Shown: positions 7,588 to 17,792 of the stretch, in pieces | How positions within the stretch are numbered: position 1 is the first letter of the stretch | Layout: each line of letters opens with the position of its first letter | NCBI GenBank assembly: GCA_040752695.1 | Contig: JBFMGO010000008.1 | Location: 1 to 64,000 of the forward strand | Source of the DNA: a bacterium | GTDB lineage: Bacteria; SZUA-182; DTGQ01 | Direction of reading: 5' to 3' | Length of the DNA: 64,000 nt | The notes under the pieces: generated by a model | Database searches by the model: none | The model's input: only the letters and a program-made list of their open reading frames with translations | Told to the model about the DNA's origin: nothing | Made by a program: the position numbers and the translations under genes

Positions 7588-10242
7588 TCACCTTACCTCA
7601 AATGCAAACCCATCCCCGTTCAGACTCACCGTTACCTCCTTGATATTTTCTCCTCCCGCCATCCGTGCCAGCAGCTCCCGCGACATCTCCGGCAGCAGGG
7701 TATTGCTGAGGATGTGGTCCACATTCCGTGCTCCGCTCTCGACTTCCGTGCATCTTCCGGCAATCGCCTCGATCATCCCTTCGTCATACCTGAGCGATAC
7801 ACCTCTGTTCTCCATCATCCTTTTAGCCACTCTGTCCAGTTTCAGCTTGACGATCCTCCGCAGATTCTCATCCGTGATCGGAAAGTAGGGGACCACGATC
7901 AGGCGGCCCAGGAAAGCGGGCTTAAAATGCTTTACCAGTTCGGGTCTCAGCATTTCGGCCAGGCTCTGTGCCGATGGCCTGGTCTCTTCGTCGGCGCAGA
8001 CCTTCATGATGGTATCCGTCCCCAGGTTGGAGGTCAGGATAATCAGGGTATTTTTGAAATCGATCCGCCGTCCTTCGCCATCTTCGAGGATTCCCTTGTC
8101 AAAGACCTGGTAGAAAAGTTCTATGACATCGGGGTGGGCTTTTTCCACCTCATCGAGGAGCACCACGCTGTAGGGACGCTTTCTTACCGCTTCGGTCAGT
8201 ACGCCGCCCTCACCGTATCCGACATAACCGGGAGGCGAGCCTTTCAGCCCCGAAACCGTATGCGCCTCCTGGTATTCCGACATATTGATGGTGATTACAT
8301 TCTCTTCGCCGCCATACAAAAGCTCGGAAAGCGCCAGGGCGGTCTCGGTCTTTCCCACTCCGCTCGATCCCACAAAGAGAAAGACACCGGTCGGTTTCGA
8401 CGGATCTTCGATCCCTGCATGTGCGGTCTGTATTCTCTGCGCAATGGCTGAAAGTGCATGGTCCTGCCCTATGACCCGCTCACCGAGCAATTCCCCCATC
8501 TTCAGCACCGTTGTAATCTCGTCTGTCAGCATCCGTCCGGTCGGGATGCCGGTCCAGCCTGAAATCACCTCGGAAACGGTCCCTGAATCAACCACAACCT
8601 GAACCAGGGGCTCTTTGCCTTGCAGCCTTTCCAGTTCTCCTTCCAAACCCTTCAATGCCTCTTGCTTTCCGGCCAGTGCCTCGTCAGCAGGATTCTTTTC
8701 GAAGGCTTCGTGCATTTCCCTGCGCAGGCCGATTATCTTTTGAGCGATTTCCATTTCTCTTTGCCACTTACCTTTTACTTCCTCAAGCCGGAGGTGCGCA
8801 GCTTCCTTCTCTCCTGCAAGGGCCTGCATACGCTGTGAATGATCGCTGCCCATGAGAGATTCCTTTTCCAGGATTTTCATCTCCCGCTCGATATCTCCGA
8901 TACGCCTCGATACGTCCTCGACCGCCCTGGGCAGAGTGGTCAGGCCGATGGCCACACGGGCACAGGCAGTGTCCAGAACGCTCACTGCCTTGTCCGGCAG
9001 TTGCCGGGCGGTCAGGTAGCGGTGTGAGAGGCGGACCGCGTCATGCAGGGCTTCGTCCGTTATCATGACCTGGTGATGTTTTTCGAGGAACGGGGCAATG
9101 GCCCGCATCATGACCATGGCTTTTTCCTCGTCCGGCTCCTCAACCTTGATGACCTGGAACCTCCTGGCTAAAGCTGCATCCTTTTCGAAGTATTTTTTGT
9201 ATTCAGACCAGGTAGTGGCGGCGATAGTGCGCAACTCTCCCCTGGCCAGGGCTGGTTTGAGCAGGTTGGCGGCATCACCCGATCCGGCAGCGCCGCCAGC
9301 GCCGATCAGGGTGTGGGCCTCGTCGATGAAAAGGATAACTGGAACAGGCGATGCCTTTACTTCATTGATTACCGACTTGAGCCGGTTTTCGAATTCGCCC
9401 TTAATTCCGGCACCTGCCTGAAGGAGCCCCAGGTCAAGGGTGCGGATTTCAACGTTCTGAAGTGGCGGGGGTACATCCCCTTGGGCGATCTTCAGGGCAA
9501 ATCCTTCGACCACCGCGGTTTTACCCACTCCGGCTTCACCCGTAAGGATGGGGTTGTTCTGCCTGCGGCGAATCAGGATATCGATCATCTGCCTGATCTC
9601 GGTATCACGGCCAAGAACCGGATCTATCTCGCCTTTACGGGCTTTTTCGGTCAGGTTGATGGTGAACTGCTCAAGTGCCCTGGGTCCTAAAGGTCCCCTC
9701 CCCTGCCCTGCTGCCGCATCTCCTGCTGATCCGCTGGCGGCAGCCGGAACTCCGGGGTCTTTGTCTTCGCACGAGCCGGAAAGAATATCCAGAAGGTGCT
9801 GGCTCAAGGTTTCGATCGAGATCTTCCTGAAGCTTTCCGAACTTGCGGTCAGCATGCGTGCCATCTCGTCATCGGACAAAAGGCCGAGCATGATATGCCC
9901 TGAACGGACACCGGGTGCCTGGAAATCGATGGAAGCGATGAGCCATGCGTCCTGTATCATACGGGGCAGGCGCGGCGACAGAACGGGGGTTCTGGCGTTT
10001 CCTCTCTTGAATCCCTCCATGGTGCGGGTAAGGTCAGATACCAGGCGGCCCTCGTTGATCTCGAAGTACCTGAGTATTTTCTGAAGATCTGTGTTGGGTA
10101 TTTCGAGGAGCTTAACGAGGAAATGTTCAACATCCACTTCATAATGCGTATGCGACAGGCAAAGACCAGCCGCGGATTCAAGAGCGTTGCGGCAGGTGCT
10201 GTTCAGTTTCCCGATCAGAGATTTGAGATTTGTTTTCGGCAT
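7588..10242 (-). CDS. tssH: T6SS AAA+ ATPase ClpV
   Basis: Two Walker A motifs (GEAGVGKT, GSSGVGKT), RRRQNNPILTGE and the ClpV-type N-terminus. Confidence 0.98.
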   Translation of the reverse strand: MPKTNLKSLIGKLNSTCRNALESAAGLCLSHTHYEVDVEHFLVKLLEIPNTDLQKILRYFEINEGRLVSDLTRTMEGFKRGNARTPVLSPRLPRMIQDAWLIASIDFQAPGVRSGHIMLGLLSDDEMARMLTASSESFRKISIETLSQHLLDILSGSCEDKDPGVPAAASGSAGDAAAGQGRGPLGPRALEQFTINLTEKARKGEIDPVLGRDTEIRQMIDILIRRRQNNPILTGEAGVGKTAVVEGFALKIAQGDVPPPLQNVEIRTLDLGLLQAGAGIKGEFENRLKSVINEVKASPVPVILFIDEAHTLIGAGGAAGSGDAANLLKPALARGELRTIAATTWSEYKKYFEKDAALARRFQVIKVEEPDEEKAMVMMRAIAPFLEKHHQVMITDEALHDAVRLSHRYLTARQLPDKAVSVLDTACARVAIGLTTLPRAVEDVSRRIGDIEREMKILEKESLMGSDHSQRMQALAGEKEAAHLRLEEVKGKWQREMEIAQKIIGLRREMHEAFEKNPADEALAGKQEALKGLEGELERLQGKEPLVQVVVDSGTVSEVISGWTGIPTGRMLTDEITTVLKMGELLGERVIGQDHALSAIAQRIQTAHAGIEDPSKPTGVFLFVGSSGVGKTETALALSELLYGGEENVITINMSEYQEAHTVSGLKGSPPGYVGYGEGGVLTEAVRKRPYSVVLLDEVEKAHPDVIELFYQVFDKGILEDGEGRRIDFKNTLIILTSNLGTDTIMKVCADEETRPSAQSLAEMLRPELVKHFKPAFLGRLIVVPYFPITDENLRRIVKLKLDRVAKRMMENRGVSLRYDEGMIEAIAGRCTEVESGARNVDHILSNTLLPEMSRELLARMAGGENIKEVTVSLNGDGFAFEVR

Positions 10243-10245
10243 TCA

Positions 10246-11331
10246 CTACCTCCTGTTACTTGCGTCTTCTTGAAAAGTTAAACAGGGATCTTCCTGATAA
10301 ACGGTCCCCGGCGTTGTAAGCCAGGTTGTCCAGCCAAGCCGGGCAGCCATGTTCCCTTCCGTTCCCAGAATGCACGGCGGCACGTTTTCCCGTTTCAGCA
10401 GCAGCCGGACATCGAATTCGTATTCAATCCCTGTCATATACCGAAGGAGAGAAAAGACCGGGCCAAGCATATCACCTCCAGGCAAGAACCGGGTAAAATG
10501 ATCATAATCCATCGGCCCAAGATGGAGGCGGAATTTCGTCTGGTTTTCCCGGACGAAGTTTCCACACAGAGCATTCACTCCCACCTGGCAGTTAGCCACA
10601 CCAAGGCTCGTCCGATCTTCCTCATCCAGGGCAATAACCCGTTCTATGAACTGTTCTACCCGTGCCCCGGTTCCGGCAAAATACCCTGCCGCAGACTCGA
10701 TGGCAAAAGCGGATGGGACCGGCCTTGAAAGAAGCCCGCTGTAGCAGATGAGCGATTCTTCCGGCAATCCGATGCGATCCGAAAGCCCGGCTGTCCCCAG
10801 GCCGATGAGGCTTAAAAAATAGCGTGATATCCTGTCCCCGGCCTCAGGCTGATAATTGACAGCCAACCGGTTTTTTTTCCAGGCCAGATAAAACAATGAA
10901 AGGAGACGGTGATGAAAAAGATCAAAAAAAGCAGTAAGGCCGAAATCTTTTTCCCAGACCCTCTCCACAGCCAGTTCATTATACCAGTAGGGAAGGACGC
11001 CGGAGGGGCCGATCAATCCCATGAAGGTGACTCCCATCTGAACCTGCCCGTTTTCGCCGGAGCGATGTAACTGTGATATATCACTGGCAGGAAAACCGAT
11101 ACCCGGATCGACCGAAAACCGCACCGTTTCCTCACCAGGATTCAGCGTGCTGCCCAATGGTTTTTTCAAAGGGATAAGGCGCTCTAAGAGGTGCACGGCC
11201 ATGAAAAAGGAGAACCGGTAATATTCCTGGAAGAGGCGGTCTTTTATGGCCACCCCTTCGCCCCCCTTTGTAAAAGGGGGCGAAGGGGGGATTTTTAAAG
11301 AAGTATCCTGTTGCCGTTTCTCGGCGGCCAC
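10246..11331 (-). CDS. tssG: T6SS baseplate subunit TssG
   Basis: FMGL.GPSGVLP..Y, FFDLFHHRL+SLFY.AW.K and RLGWTTWL; overlaps tssF. Confidence 0.96.
   Translation of the reverse strand: MAAEKRQQDTSLKIPPSPPFTKGGEGVAIKDRLFQEYYRFSFFMAVHLLERLIPLKKPLGSTLNPGEETVRFSVDPGIGFPASDISQLHRSGENGQVQMGVTFMGLIGPSGVLPYWYNELAVERVWEKDFGLTAFFDLFHHRLLSLFYLAWKKNRLAVNYQPEAGDRISRYFLSLIGLGTAGLSDRIGLPEESLICYSGLLSRPVPSAFAIESAAGYFAGTGARVEQFIERVIALDEEDRTSLGVANCQVGVNALCGNFVRENQTKFRLHLGPMDYDHFTRFLPGGDMLGPVFSLLRYMTGIEYEFDVRLLLKRENVPPCILGTEGNMAARLGWTTWLTTPGTVYQEDPCLTFQEDASNRR
11253..11288. repeat. GC-rich palindrome within the tssG 5' coding region
   Basis: CCCCTTCGCCCCC-CTTTGTAAAA-GGGGGCGAAGGGG; translates as PPSPPFTKGGEG. 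Confidence 0.7.
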
Positions 11332-13097
11332 TTTTTCAGTACCTCACTTTTTTGTAATGTTTTAACTGCCAATTGCGAAAAGGAATTGACCGAGACATAT
11401 TGACCTAAAAATCTCTCCAGTACCGAGGCAAAAAGATACAGGCCGGTACCGACATACTTATCCTCGTCGAACTGGATAGTCACCTGAAGGCCGCGTCCGA
11501 AGGAGGGGCCAATTCTCCTGGTAGCAGGCTCTGCACGAAGAGAGACGATCCCGTTAATCTGCTGCCGGGTAGCTGGCGAATGGTCGAAATCGTACAGCCG
11601 CAGCATCTCCCTGAACGCTTCTTCTCCCCCCTGAACAAGGGAGAGGTAGTTGAGCGACAGGTGAGAGATAAGCCGCCACTGGAGCTCTCCTCCCAGGGGA
11701 GGCCGCCGGGTAGGAGTCGGTTTGATCAGGCAGTTGATACGGCCTGCGGGGGCTGAAGTCTCCATCTCGAAATCTCCCGCCGGATCACCGAAAGGGAGGC
11801 GGCCAGGCAGATCCCTGTTGGTGCAGGTCGTGTAAACGGTCAAGGTTTCCACGCCGGGGTCGAGAGGTTTCAGGTTCCAGTCGGTAAAGGAGAGAAAGAC
11901 CTCGGTGCCATTGTCTCCTTTCTTATTCGATGGCCTCCTCTGGATGTGCCAGAAGACTTTCCGGTCGAGCTTTTCGTCCTCGTCAACATGGTGGCTGAGG
12001 GAATAAAAGGGCTTATAGTCCGTCTCTTCAGCCAGGGAGCCTGCCGAAGAAGAAGCAACCCCGTCCACACTGTAGATTTCGGTTGCCTCAGCCCTTCTGA
12101 TGTCAGGGATAACCGGGTATTCGGGTTTCCTGTGCTCTATGCGTATCGGTTCCGCGACCCGTTTGAACAGATTGATCACCGGCGTTGCGTAGAGGCAAAA
12201 AGTATCGACATTGACCAGGAGGTTCGGTTTGGCCGGTCTGTTCAGATATATCCAGATGTCGAGCGTGTCGTGAAACGTTCCATTTCGCATGGTGCCAAGG
12301 CCATCGAGATCGAAGAAAAGGAACTTTTCAGGGAAACAGAAGTACTCGAAAAGGAGGATATAGCCGGGGAAAGACCTCTGAGAATAGGGCAGTATCCCCT
12401 CGGCAGGGTCAAATCCGACCGGTTTGATGTCTTTGGGGGTCAAAGTGAGCGATGCAGTGTTGCCCCGCCCGTCTTTTGACTTACACTCCACGTGGCAGAC
12501 ATGGTTGAACAAAAGTTCATAGAGATGATACACATGCTGGCCCTGACCGTTCAGGAAAAACCGTGCGCTGTCCCAGCCAATCTGGGAAAAGGTGAGATTA
12601 TTACAGGTCTTAAGCTGAATCACGAGTGCCTGCTGGGCATTTTTTACGACTTTTTCAGGGTCCTTCAGTCCTGCAAAGGCCACTTCGACCGGCCACAGGG
12701 TAACGGGATAGGTCGTGCTGAACTGGCAGGGGAACCCTGCCACGGGTTTGGAATAGAGGGCGGTATTCTTCTCTATCCGGTATCCCGCAGGAGGCACTGT
12801 TTTCATGATCTGAAATTTCGCCACAGACAGGGAAGGAATAGGGTTAATATAGTGAGGGTACAGGATATTCAGCAGCGACCCTGTTATTTCGGGGAAGTCA
12901 TCATTGATTTTTTTCTGTATACGTGCACAGAGCAGGGCAAATGCCTCGATCAGCCGCTCGGTATGCGGGTCCTCGCACTTATCCGGTTCAAGGAGCAGCC
13001 TTCCGGCAATCTTCGGATATTTCTTGGCGAATTCCGCTCCCATCTCACGGATAAATGTAAGCTCCTGCTCATAATAGTGCAGAATATCATCTTCCAT
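11295..13097 (-). CDS. tssF: T6SS baseplate subunit TssF
   Basis: YYEQEL.F+R..G.EFA..YPKIA.RL, DPH.ERLIEAFA, EYF.FPEKFLF, WRLISHLSLNYLSL and YVSVNSF. Confidence 0.97.
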   Translation of the reverse strand: MEDDILHYYEQELTFIREMGAEFAKKYPKIAGRLLLEPDKCEDPHTERLIEAFALLCARIQKKINDDFPEITGSLLNILYPHYINPIPSLSVAKFQIMKTVPPAGYRIEKNTALYSKPVAGFPCQFSTTYPVTLWPVEVAFAGLKDPEKVVKNAQQALVIQLKTCNNLTFSQIGWDSARFFLNGQGQHVYHLYELLFNHVCHVECKSKDGRGNTASLTLTPKDIKPVGFDPAEGILPYSQRSFPGYILLFEYFCFPEKFLFFDLDGLGTMRNGTFHDTLDIWIYLNRPAKPNLLVNVDTFCLYATPVINLFKRVAEPIRIEHRKPEYPVIPDIRRAEATEIYSVDGVASSSAGSLAEETDYKPFYSLSHHVDEDEKLDRKVFWHIQRRPSNKKGDNGTEVFLSFTDWNLKPLDPGVETLTVYTTCTNRDLPGRLPFGDPAGDFEMETSAPAGRINCLIKPTPTRRPPLGGELQWRLISHLSLNYLSLVQGGEEAFREMLRLYDFDHSPATRQQINGIVSLRAEPATRRIGPSFGRGLQVTIQFDEDKYVGTGLYLFASVLERFLGQYVSVNSFSQLAVKTLQKSEVLKKWPPRNGNRILL

Positions 13098-13191
13098 ATA
13101 TCAATACCACCATATATGAATACCACCATGGTATATCATTCCAGGATCGTATAAATATCATTCCTGAATTGTATGTATTCGATCGTATATA

Positions 13192-13668
13192 TTAACCCTG
13201 GATTGTGTATTCACCTCTATTGATATCAAAAAGGGTATCGAAAACAACCGGCGCAGTGAAAGGGTCGAGAATCAAGAGGCCGGTAATCCTGAATTTAACG
13301 CTTCGCTCGTTTTCCGTGGCTCCCTCCTCTACATGGACAGTTACATTCCTCAGCCTTGGTTCGAACCTGGCAATGGTTTCCTCCAGGTTCTGGCGCAACT
13401 GTTTTTTCACGGCAATGCTCTTGGGATTTTGTGAGGTATAATCCCTCACCCCATAAACAAGAAGGGAGCGGCTGACCTCCCTGTATACCGGCGGAATGAC
13501 CAGTATGGTGCTCTTGGTGTTGAGGAGGTTTTCCAGGTCGCGTATGACAGCGGCCTTGCCCTGCTCAAAACCCACTACCCGTCGCTGGACTGGCTCCTGC
13601 CTCACCTCAGGTTCAAAGTCAAGGAGCCGGTCCAGTATAGATGCCTGAATGTTCTGCCGATTTTCCAT
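13192..13668 (-). CDS. tssE: T6SS baseplate subunit TssE (gp25-like)
   Basis: S+LDRL.D, RDLE.LLNT, S+L.YG and I.RFEPRL..V.V. Confidence 0.95.
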   Translation of the reverse strand: MENRQNIQASILDRLLDFEPEVRQEPVQRRVVGFEQGKAAVIRDLENLLNTKSTILVIPPVYREVSRSLLVYGVRDYTSQNPKSIAVKKQLRQNLEETIARFEPRLRNVTVHVEEGATENERSVKFRITGLLILDPFTAPVVFDTLFDINRGEYTIQG

Positions 13669-13746
13669 ATCCGGGTATTCTATGCTCTTATCAGATGATA
13701 GATTTTTTCTTCTGCTCTCATCAGATAATACGTATTTTCTTCTGCC

Positions 13747-14235
13747 TTACACTTTTGCATTTTTCGCAAGGTCCCATCCGGCTGACACTTTCCCTCCGGG
13801 GGTACCATCTGCGCGTTTTTGCTGGGTATATGTCCACTGGATTTTGGCATAATTGAAGGTCAGCGATTCGGTGGGCTCGCCGCCGCCACCACCGCCGACC
13901 TGAACAGAGCTGATGATAGCTTCATTCATCTTATACTCCATGTATGGTACCTTATCACCGCCTGCCCGGCATAACTCGATCGTGATCTCTTTTATATGCG
14001 TTCCTGAAGCGCAGGCTAAAGCCAGCTTTGGGGATGCCTTGTCCAGCATCTTGACAATGGAAAAGTCCTGAAAATTTGCCCTTTCCGCAGAGGCTCCCCC
14101 TGCGGAACTGACAGTGGAAGATGTGGGCTGGCTTATCCCAAAACTGTAGGACAGTACTTCTATCCAGTCTTTGTGCTTATCGTCCGTACTTTCTCCCGGT
14201 ATACCGTCAATCTTTACGAATGCATCAAAGGCCAT
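13747..14235 (-). CDS. hcp: Hcp tube protein
   Basis: AFVKIDGIPGESTDDKHKDWIEVLSYS, DKASPKL and GWDL..N. Confidence 0.97.
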   Translation of the reverse strand: MAFDAFVKIDGIPGESTDDKHKDWIEVLSYSFGISQPTSSTVSSAGGASAERANFQDFSIVKMLDKASPKLALACASGTHIKEITIELCRAGGDKVPYMEYKMNEAIISSVQVGGGGGGEPTESLTFNYAKIQWTYTQQKRADGTPGGKVSAGWDLAKNAKV

Positions 14236-14357
14236 AATCTGTTTCCTCCTCTCATCTATAAGAATGTTGTAGAGAATGTTATTTGGTTAATCAACACCGC
14301 AGGCTGAAAGAGAACCTTATCAGGTATCAGCAATTACCGAAAGCTTCGGTTTCTCTG

Positions 14358-15854
14358 CTATCCCTTGGCCGGCGGTGGCAGGTCTGCAACCAATCTTAAG
14401 GAGATACTCAATTCGTCGAGCTGGTAATGAGGCCGCAGAAAGGTCACGGCCCGATATACGCCCGGTTTTCCCGGAACTTCGGTAACATCGACCCGTGCTT
14501 CCCTCAAAGGAAAGCGTGCTTTCATTTCCTGACCTGCATCATCGTCCAGCAGGACATAGTTACTTATCCAGCGGTTCAGGTAGTCCTCGACATTTTTGCG
14601 CGTCATGAAGCTGCCGATCTTATCCCTCATGATCGACTTCAGATAATGGGCAAACCGCGAAACAGCAAGGATATACTGTAATTGAGAAGAGAGCCTGGCG
14701 TTGGCATTGGCTGCATCGGAATCGTAGGTCTTAGCCTTATTGGCAGTCTGGGTGCTGAAAAAGGCCGCAAAATCCGTTCCCTTGCAGTGGACCAGGGGGA
14801 CAAGGCCAAGATCGGCAAATTCCTTTTCCCTTCTGTCGGTTATGGCTACCTCGGTCGGACACTTGAGAGCTACATCACCCTCATCGGTCTTGAAGGTGTG
14901 AACAGGCAGACCCTGGACCAGTCCACCGCCTTCAACTCCCCTGATAGCAGCGGTCCAATGGTACTTGGCGAAGGCATCGGTCAGGCGCGCACCAAGAGCA
15001 TAGGCTGCATTCCCCCAGAGATATTTGCCGTGATCCGTGCCATCTACATCCTCCTCGTAACCGAAGGACTCCACCGGGATATTCGCCTGCCCATAGGGAA
15101 GTCTCATCAGGACATGAGGCAGGGCAAGGGCAACGTAGCGGGAATCCTCCGATTCGCGGAAGGATTTCCACTTGGCATACTCGACGGATTGAAAAATCTT
15201 GGTCAGGTCGCGGGGTCCTCCAAGTTCGGTAAAGCTCTCCCAGCCAAAAAGGGTTGGAGATGCCGCTGAGATGAAGGGAGCATGGGAAGCTGCCGCAACC
15301 TGTGATATCTTCTCGAGAAGCGTAAGATCCTGGGGGTTGTTGCCGAATTCGTAATCACCGATGAGTGCGCCGTAGGATGCTCCTCCGAAGGTACCGAACT
15401 CTTCTTCATAAATCTTTTTAAAAAGAGTGGACTGGTCAAATTCACTCGCTTTTTCCATGTCCTTGAGGAGATCTTTCTTCGATACATTCATTACCCTGAT
15501 CTTCATGGTCTCCCCTGTTTCGGACTGATTGACCAGGTAGTGCAATCCCCTCCACGATCCCTCAAGCTTTTGGAATTCAGGATGATGCATGATTTCATTG
15601 AGTTGAAGAGAAAGAAGCCGGTCTATCTGGCTGATTCTGGCACTGATCATGCGCTCGGTGTCCTTGGAGACGACAATCGCCCCATCCATGACCTGCCTGA
15701 CGAATTCTCCGATGAGATCTTTTGCCCATTCCCGCTGAACCTCGTCACGGACCATGCGGCCTTCTTCTATGATCTTGTCTAAAATCCCCTTTTCTTCTGC
15801 AACTGCCTCGGACTGGGCAGCCTGAACCTGTTCCTGTTGCTCCATTTCGGCCAT
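14358..15854 (-). CDS. tssC: T6SS contractile sheath large subunit
   Basis: HHPEFQKLEGSWRGL, YEEEFGTFGG, RLPYG, KCPTE.AITDRREKE and SRFAHYLK...RDKIGS. Confidence 0.98.
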   Translation of the reverse strand: MAEMEQQEQVQAAQSEAVAEEKGILDKIIEEGRMVRDEVQREWAKDLIGEFVRQVMDGAIVVSKDTERMISARISQIDRLLSLQLNEIMHHPEFQKLEGSWRGLHYLVNQSETGETMKIRVMNVSKKDLLKDMEKASEFDQSTLFKKIYEEEFGTFGGASYGALIGDYEFGNNPQDLTLLEKISQVAAASHAPFISAASPTLFGWESFTELGGPRDLTKIFQSVEYAKWKSFRESEDSRYVALALPHVLMRLPYGQANIPVESFGYEEDVDGTDHGKYLWGNAAYALGARLTDAFAKYHWTAAIRGVEGGGLVQGLPVHTFKTDEGDVALKCPTEVAITDRREKEFADLGLVPLVHCKGTDFAAFFSTQTANKAKTYDSDAANANARLSSQLQYILAVSRFAHYLKSIMRDKIGSFMTRKNVEDYLNRWISNYVLLDDDAGQEMKARFPLREARVDVTEVPGKPGVYRAVTFLRPHYQLDELSISLRLVADLPPPAKG

Positions 15855-15866
15855 GGAATCCCTCCT

Positions 15867-16397
15867 TTACTCCGTGGTTTGCTCTTCACCCGGCTTTGTT
15901 ATTCCAGCTTCCTCTCCAGCTTTCTGTATCAGGTCGGTGCTGGAAATCACTTCCTGGAGAAGCTCATCGAGCTTATCGTTGCCATCCAGTTTGTTGAGCA
16001 GGTCAAACAGCCTTTTTCTCGCTTCCACCAGTTTACGCAATGGCTCGACCTGCTGCACCACGCGTTCGGGATGGAAATCGTCGAGAGATTTAAACCGGAG
16101 TTCTACTCCCATCTTGGTATCCTCGCCGGTCAGCTTGTTGTCCACTTTAAAGGCCAGCCTCGGCTTGGTCGCCTCGAGCACATTGTTGAAATTGTCCCGG
16201 TCTATTTCGATAAATTTTCTGTCCTTCAATTTTGGAAGAGGCTCATCAGGCTTGCCGGACAGATCAGCCAAAACTCCTACTACAAAGGGGATCTCCTTCA
16301 TCTGGATAGCATCACCGATTTCTACATCGTAGGTGATCTGAACGCGAGGAGACCGCACTCTATCGAGTTTGTGCTGTAAACTTTCCTGCGCTGACAT
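15867..16397 (-). CDS. tssB: T6SS contractile sheath small subunit
   Basis: RVR.PRVQITYDVE, PFVVGVLADLSG and F.EIDRDNF. Confidence 0.98.
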   Translation of the reverse strand: MSAQESLQHKLDRVRSPRVQITYDVEIGDAIQMKEIPFVVGVLADLSGKPDEPLPKLKDRKFIEIDRDNFNNVLEATKPRLAFKVDNKLTGEDTKMGVELRFKSLDDFHPERVVQQVEPLRKLVEARKRLFDLLNKLDGNDKLDELLQEVISSTDLIQKAGEEAGITKPGEEQTTE

Positions 16398-16421
16398 ACT
16401 TTCTCCTTTCTTTTAAAAAAT

Positions 16422-17792
16422 TTACTTTCTGTAAGAAATTACTTTCGTTACATCCATAGCACAAAGCCGCCTGAAAAGAACCCTGGCCCTGTCAAGATCA
16501 TCATCCGAAGGTTCTCCACCGGTCAGGCACAGATAAAGAGTATCGAGCACCTCCGCGATCCACAGAGGTGATTCCCACCGCTCGAGATGCAGCTCTTCGA
16601 TCAATCCGTGCAATTCCTCTATGATGGGCCTGGCCAGATCCGGTCTGTCCGCCTTCAGGCAGAGTTTGGCAACCAGGAGGCGGCAGCGGCATCTGTCTCT
16701 TACCGAAGGAGCGCAGAATGAGGCTGCCAGGAGACTGTCAAGAGCCTGCCTGAGACCGGAAGTCTTCAAAAGGCGCAGTGCCTCTTCCCACAGATCCTTT
16801 TCGAGAGTATCCGTCCCCTGTTGCAGGGCCGCCCCCCGCAAGAGTGTCGATGAAACACCTGCTGGCGGTATCATGCTTTTGGGGGCCGTCTCTCCTCCGT
16901 CTGCCACAGAGGCTGCCTGCTCCCGGTCTTTTCCGGTACCGGCGGCAGCGTTTTCTTCCGCTGCTGCGTCCGGTTCATCAGGGGCAGGTTCCTGCTCCTT
17001 CCTCTCTTTATATATCTTCATGATCAACCTGCTGCACTCCTCGATCGCTCCCCGCAACTCGGCCAGTCTGGGTGCATCTGAGCCGAAATACTGATCTACG
17101 ATTTCATCAAATTTCCGGAAATCTTCATGGCAGGCAGTGATACTTTCTGCCAATGATTTGTAGAAGGCGGTCTTAGAGAGGCTTGCGGCACGGTCGAATT
17201 CCTCTGCGGAGGTTTTTCCGTCGGCTATGAGCTCATCACGCTTTCTCCTTTTATCTTCGTCCACATCGCCATATTGATTCCGCGTATCTGCCTCAGAGCC
17301 CACTTCGCGGGATTCTTTCCAGGTGAGCAGCGAATAGCCGGGGGTTACGCTCCTGTCTGTCAACGGGATCTGCATAATACACGAGGGGAGCTTTTCGTTC
17401 ATAAACTCAAGGGGTGCTGCCCTGAATTCGAGATCTTCCTCTTCTATCAGGGGATAAACGCTCTCCCAATAATCCGTTATGAAACCAGTGAGTATCTTCA
17501 GTCCTGTCGAAAGACCGTCGAAGCCCTCGGTCACGATCAGAGCTTCGGTGAGCCAGGCGGCAATCTGAAGATCTTTGGTTTCCCTCATCAGGGCATTGAC
17601 GGCGAGCGTGATCACCTTGTCCCAGTCCGATGTTTTTACTTCATGCTTCCATTCCCCTTGAGCCAATGGGTCTTCCGCTCTCCTGGCTTCCTTGATTGCA
17701 TCGTAGGTGGGACTGTAGCGAAGGTTTTTCCCTGACGGGGTATCACCGGGAACCGGTGCCAACAGGGCATCGAGATGAACGACTCTTTTCAT
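16422..17792 (-). CDS. tssA: TssA (ImpA_N plus VasJ-like C-terminal domain)
   Basis: LLAP+.G..P.G..LRY, KDLQIAAWL.EAL and C-terminal R.R...RL..A+LC...L.RWE.P. Confidence 0.93.
   Translation of the reverse strand: MKRVVHLDALLAPVPGDTPSGKNLRYSPTYDAIKEARRAEDPLAQGEWKHEVKTSDWDKVITLAVNALMRETKDLQIAAWLTEALIVTEGFDGLSTGLKILTGFITDYWESVYPLIEEEDLEFRAAPLEFMNEKLPSCIMQIPLTDRSVTPGYSLLTWKESREVGSEADTRNQYGDVDEDKRRKRDELIADGKTSAEEFDRAASLSKTAFYKSLAESITACHEDFRKFDEIVDQYFGSDAPRLAELRGAIEECSRLIMKIYKERKEQEPAPDEPDAAAEENAAAGTGKDREQAASVADGGETAPKSMIPPAGVSSTLLRGAALQQGTDTLEKDLWEEALRLLKTSGLRQALDSLLAASFCAPSVRDRCRCRLLVAKLCLKADRPDLARPIIEELHGLIEELHLERWESPLWIAEVLDTLYLCLTGGEPSDDDLDRARVLFRRLCAMDVTKVISYRK

Noticed and set aside
4639..16397. 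Prophage or extracellular contractile injection system
   Set aside because: TssJLM membrane complex, ClpV and split TssB/TssC sheath identify a canonical T6SS; no capsid, terminase or integrase genes.
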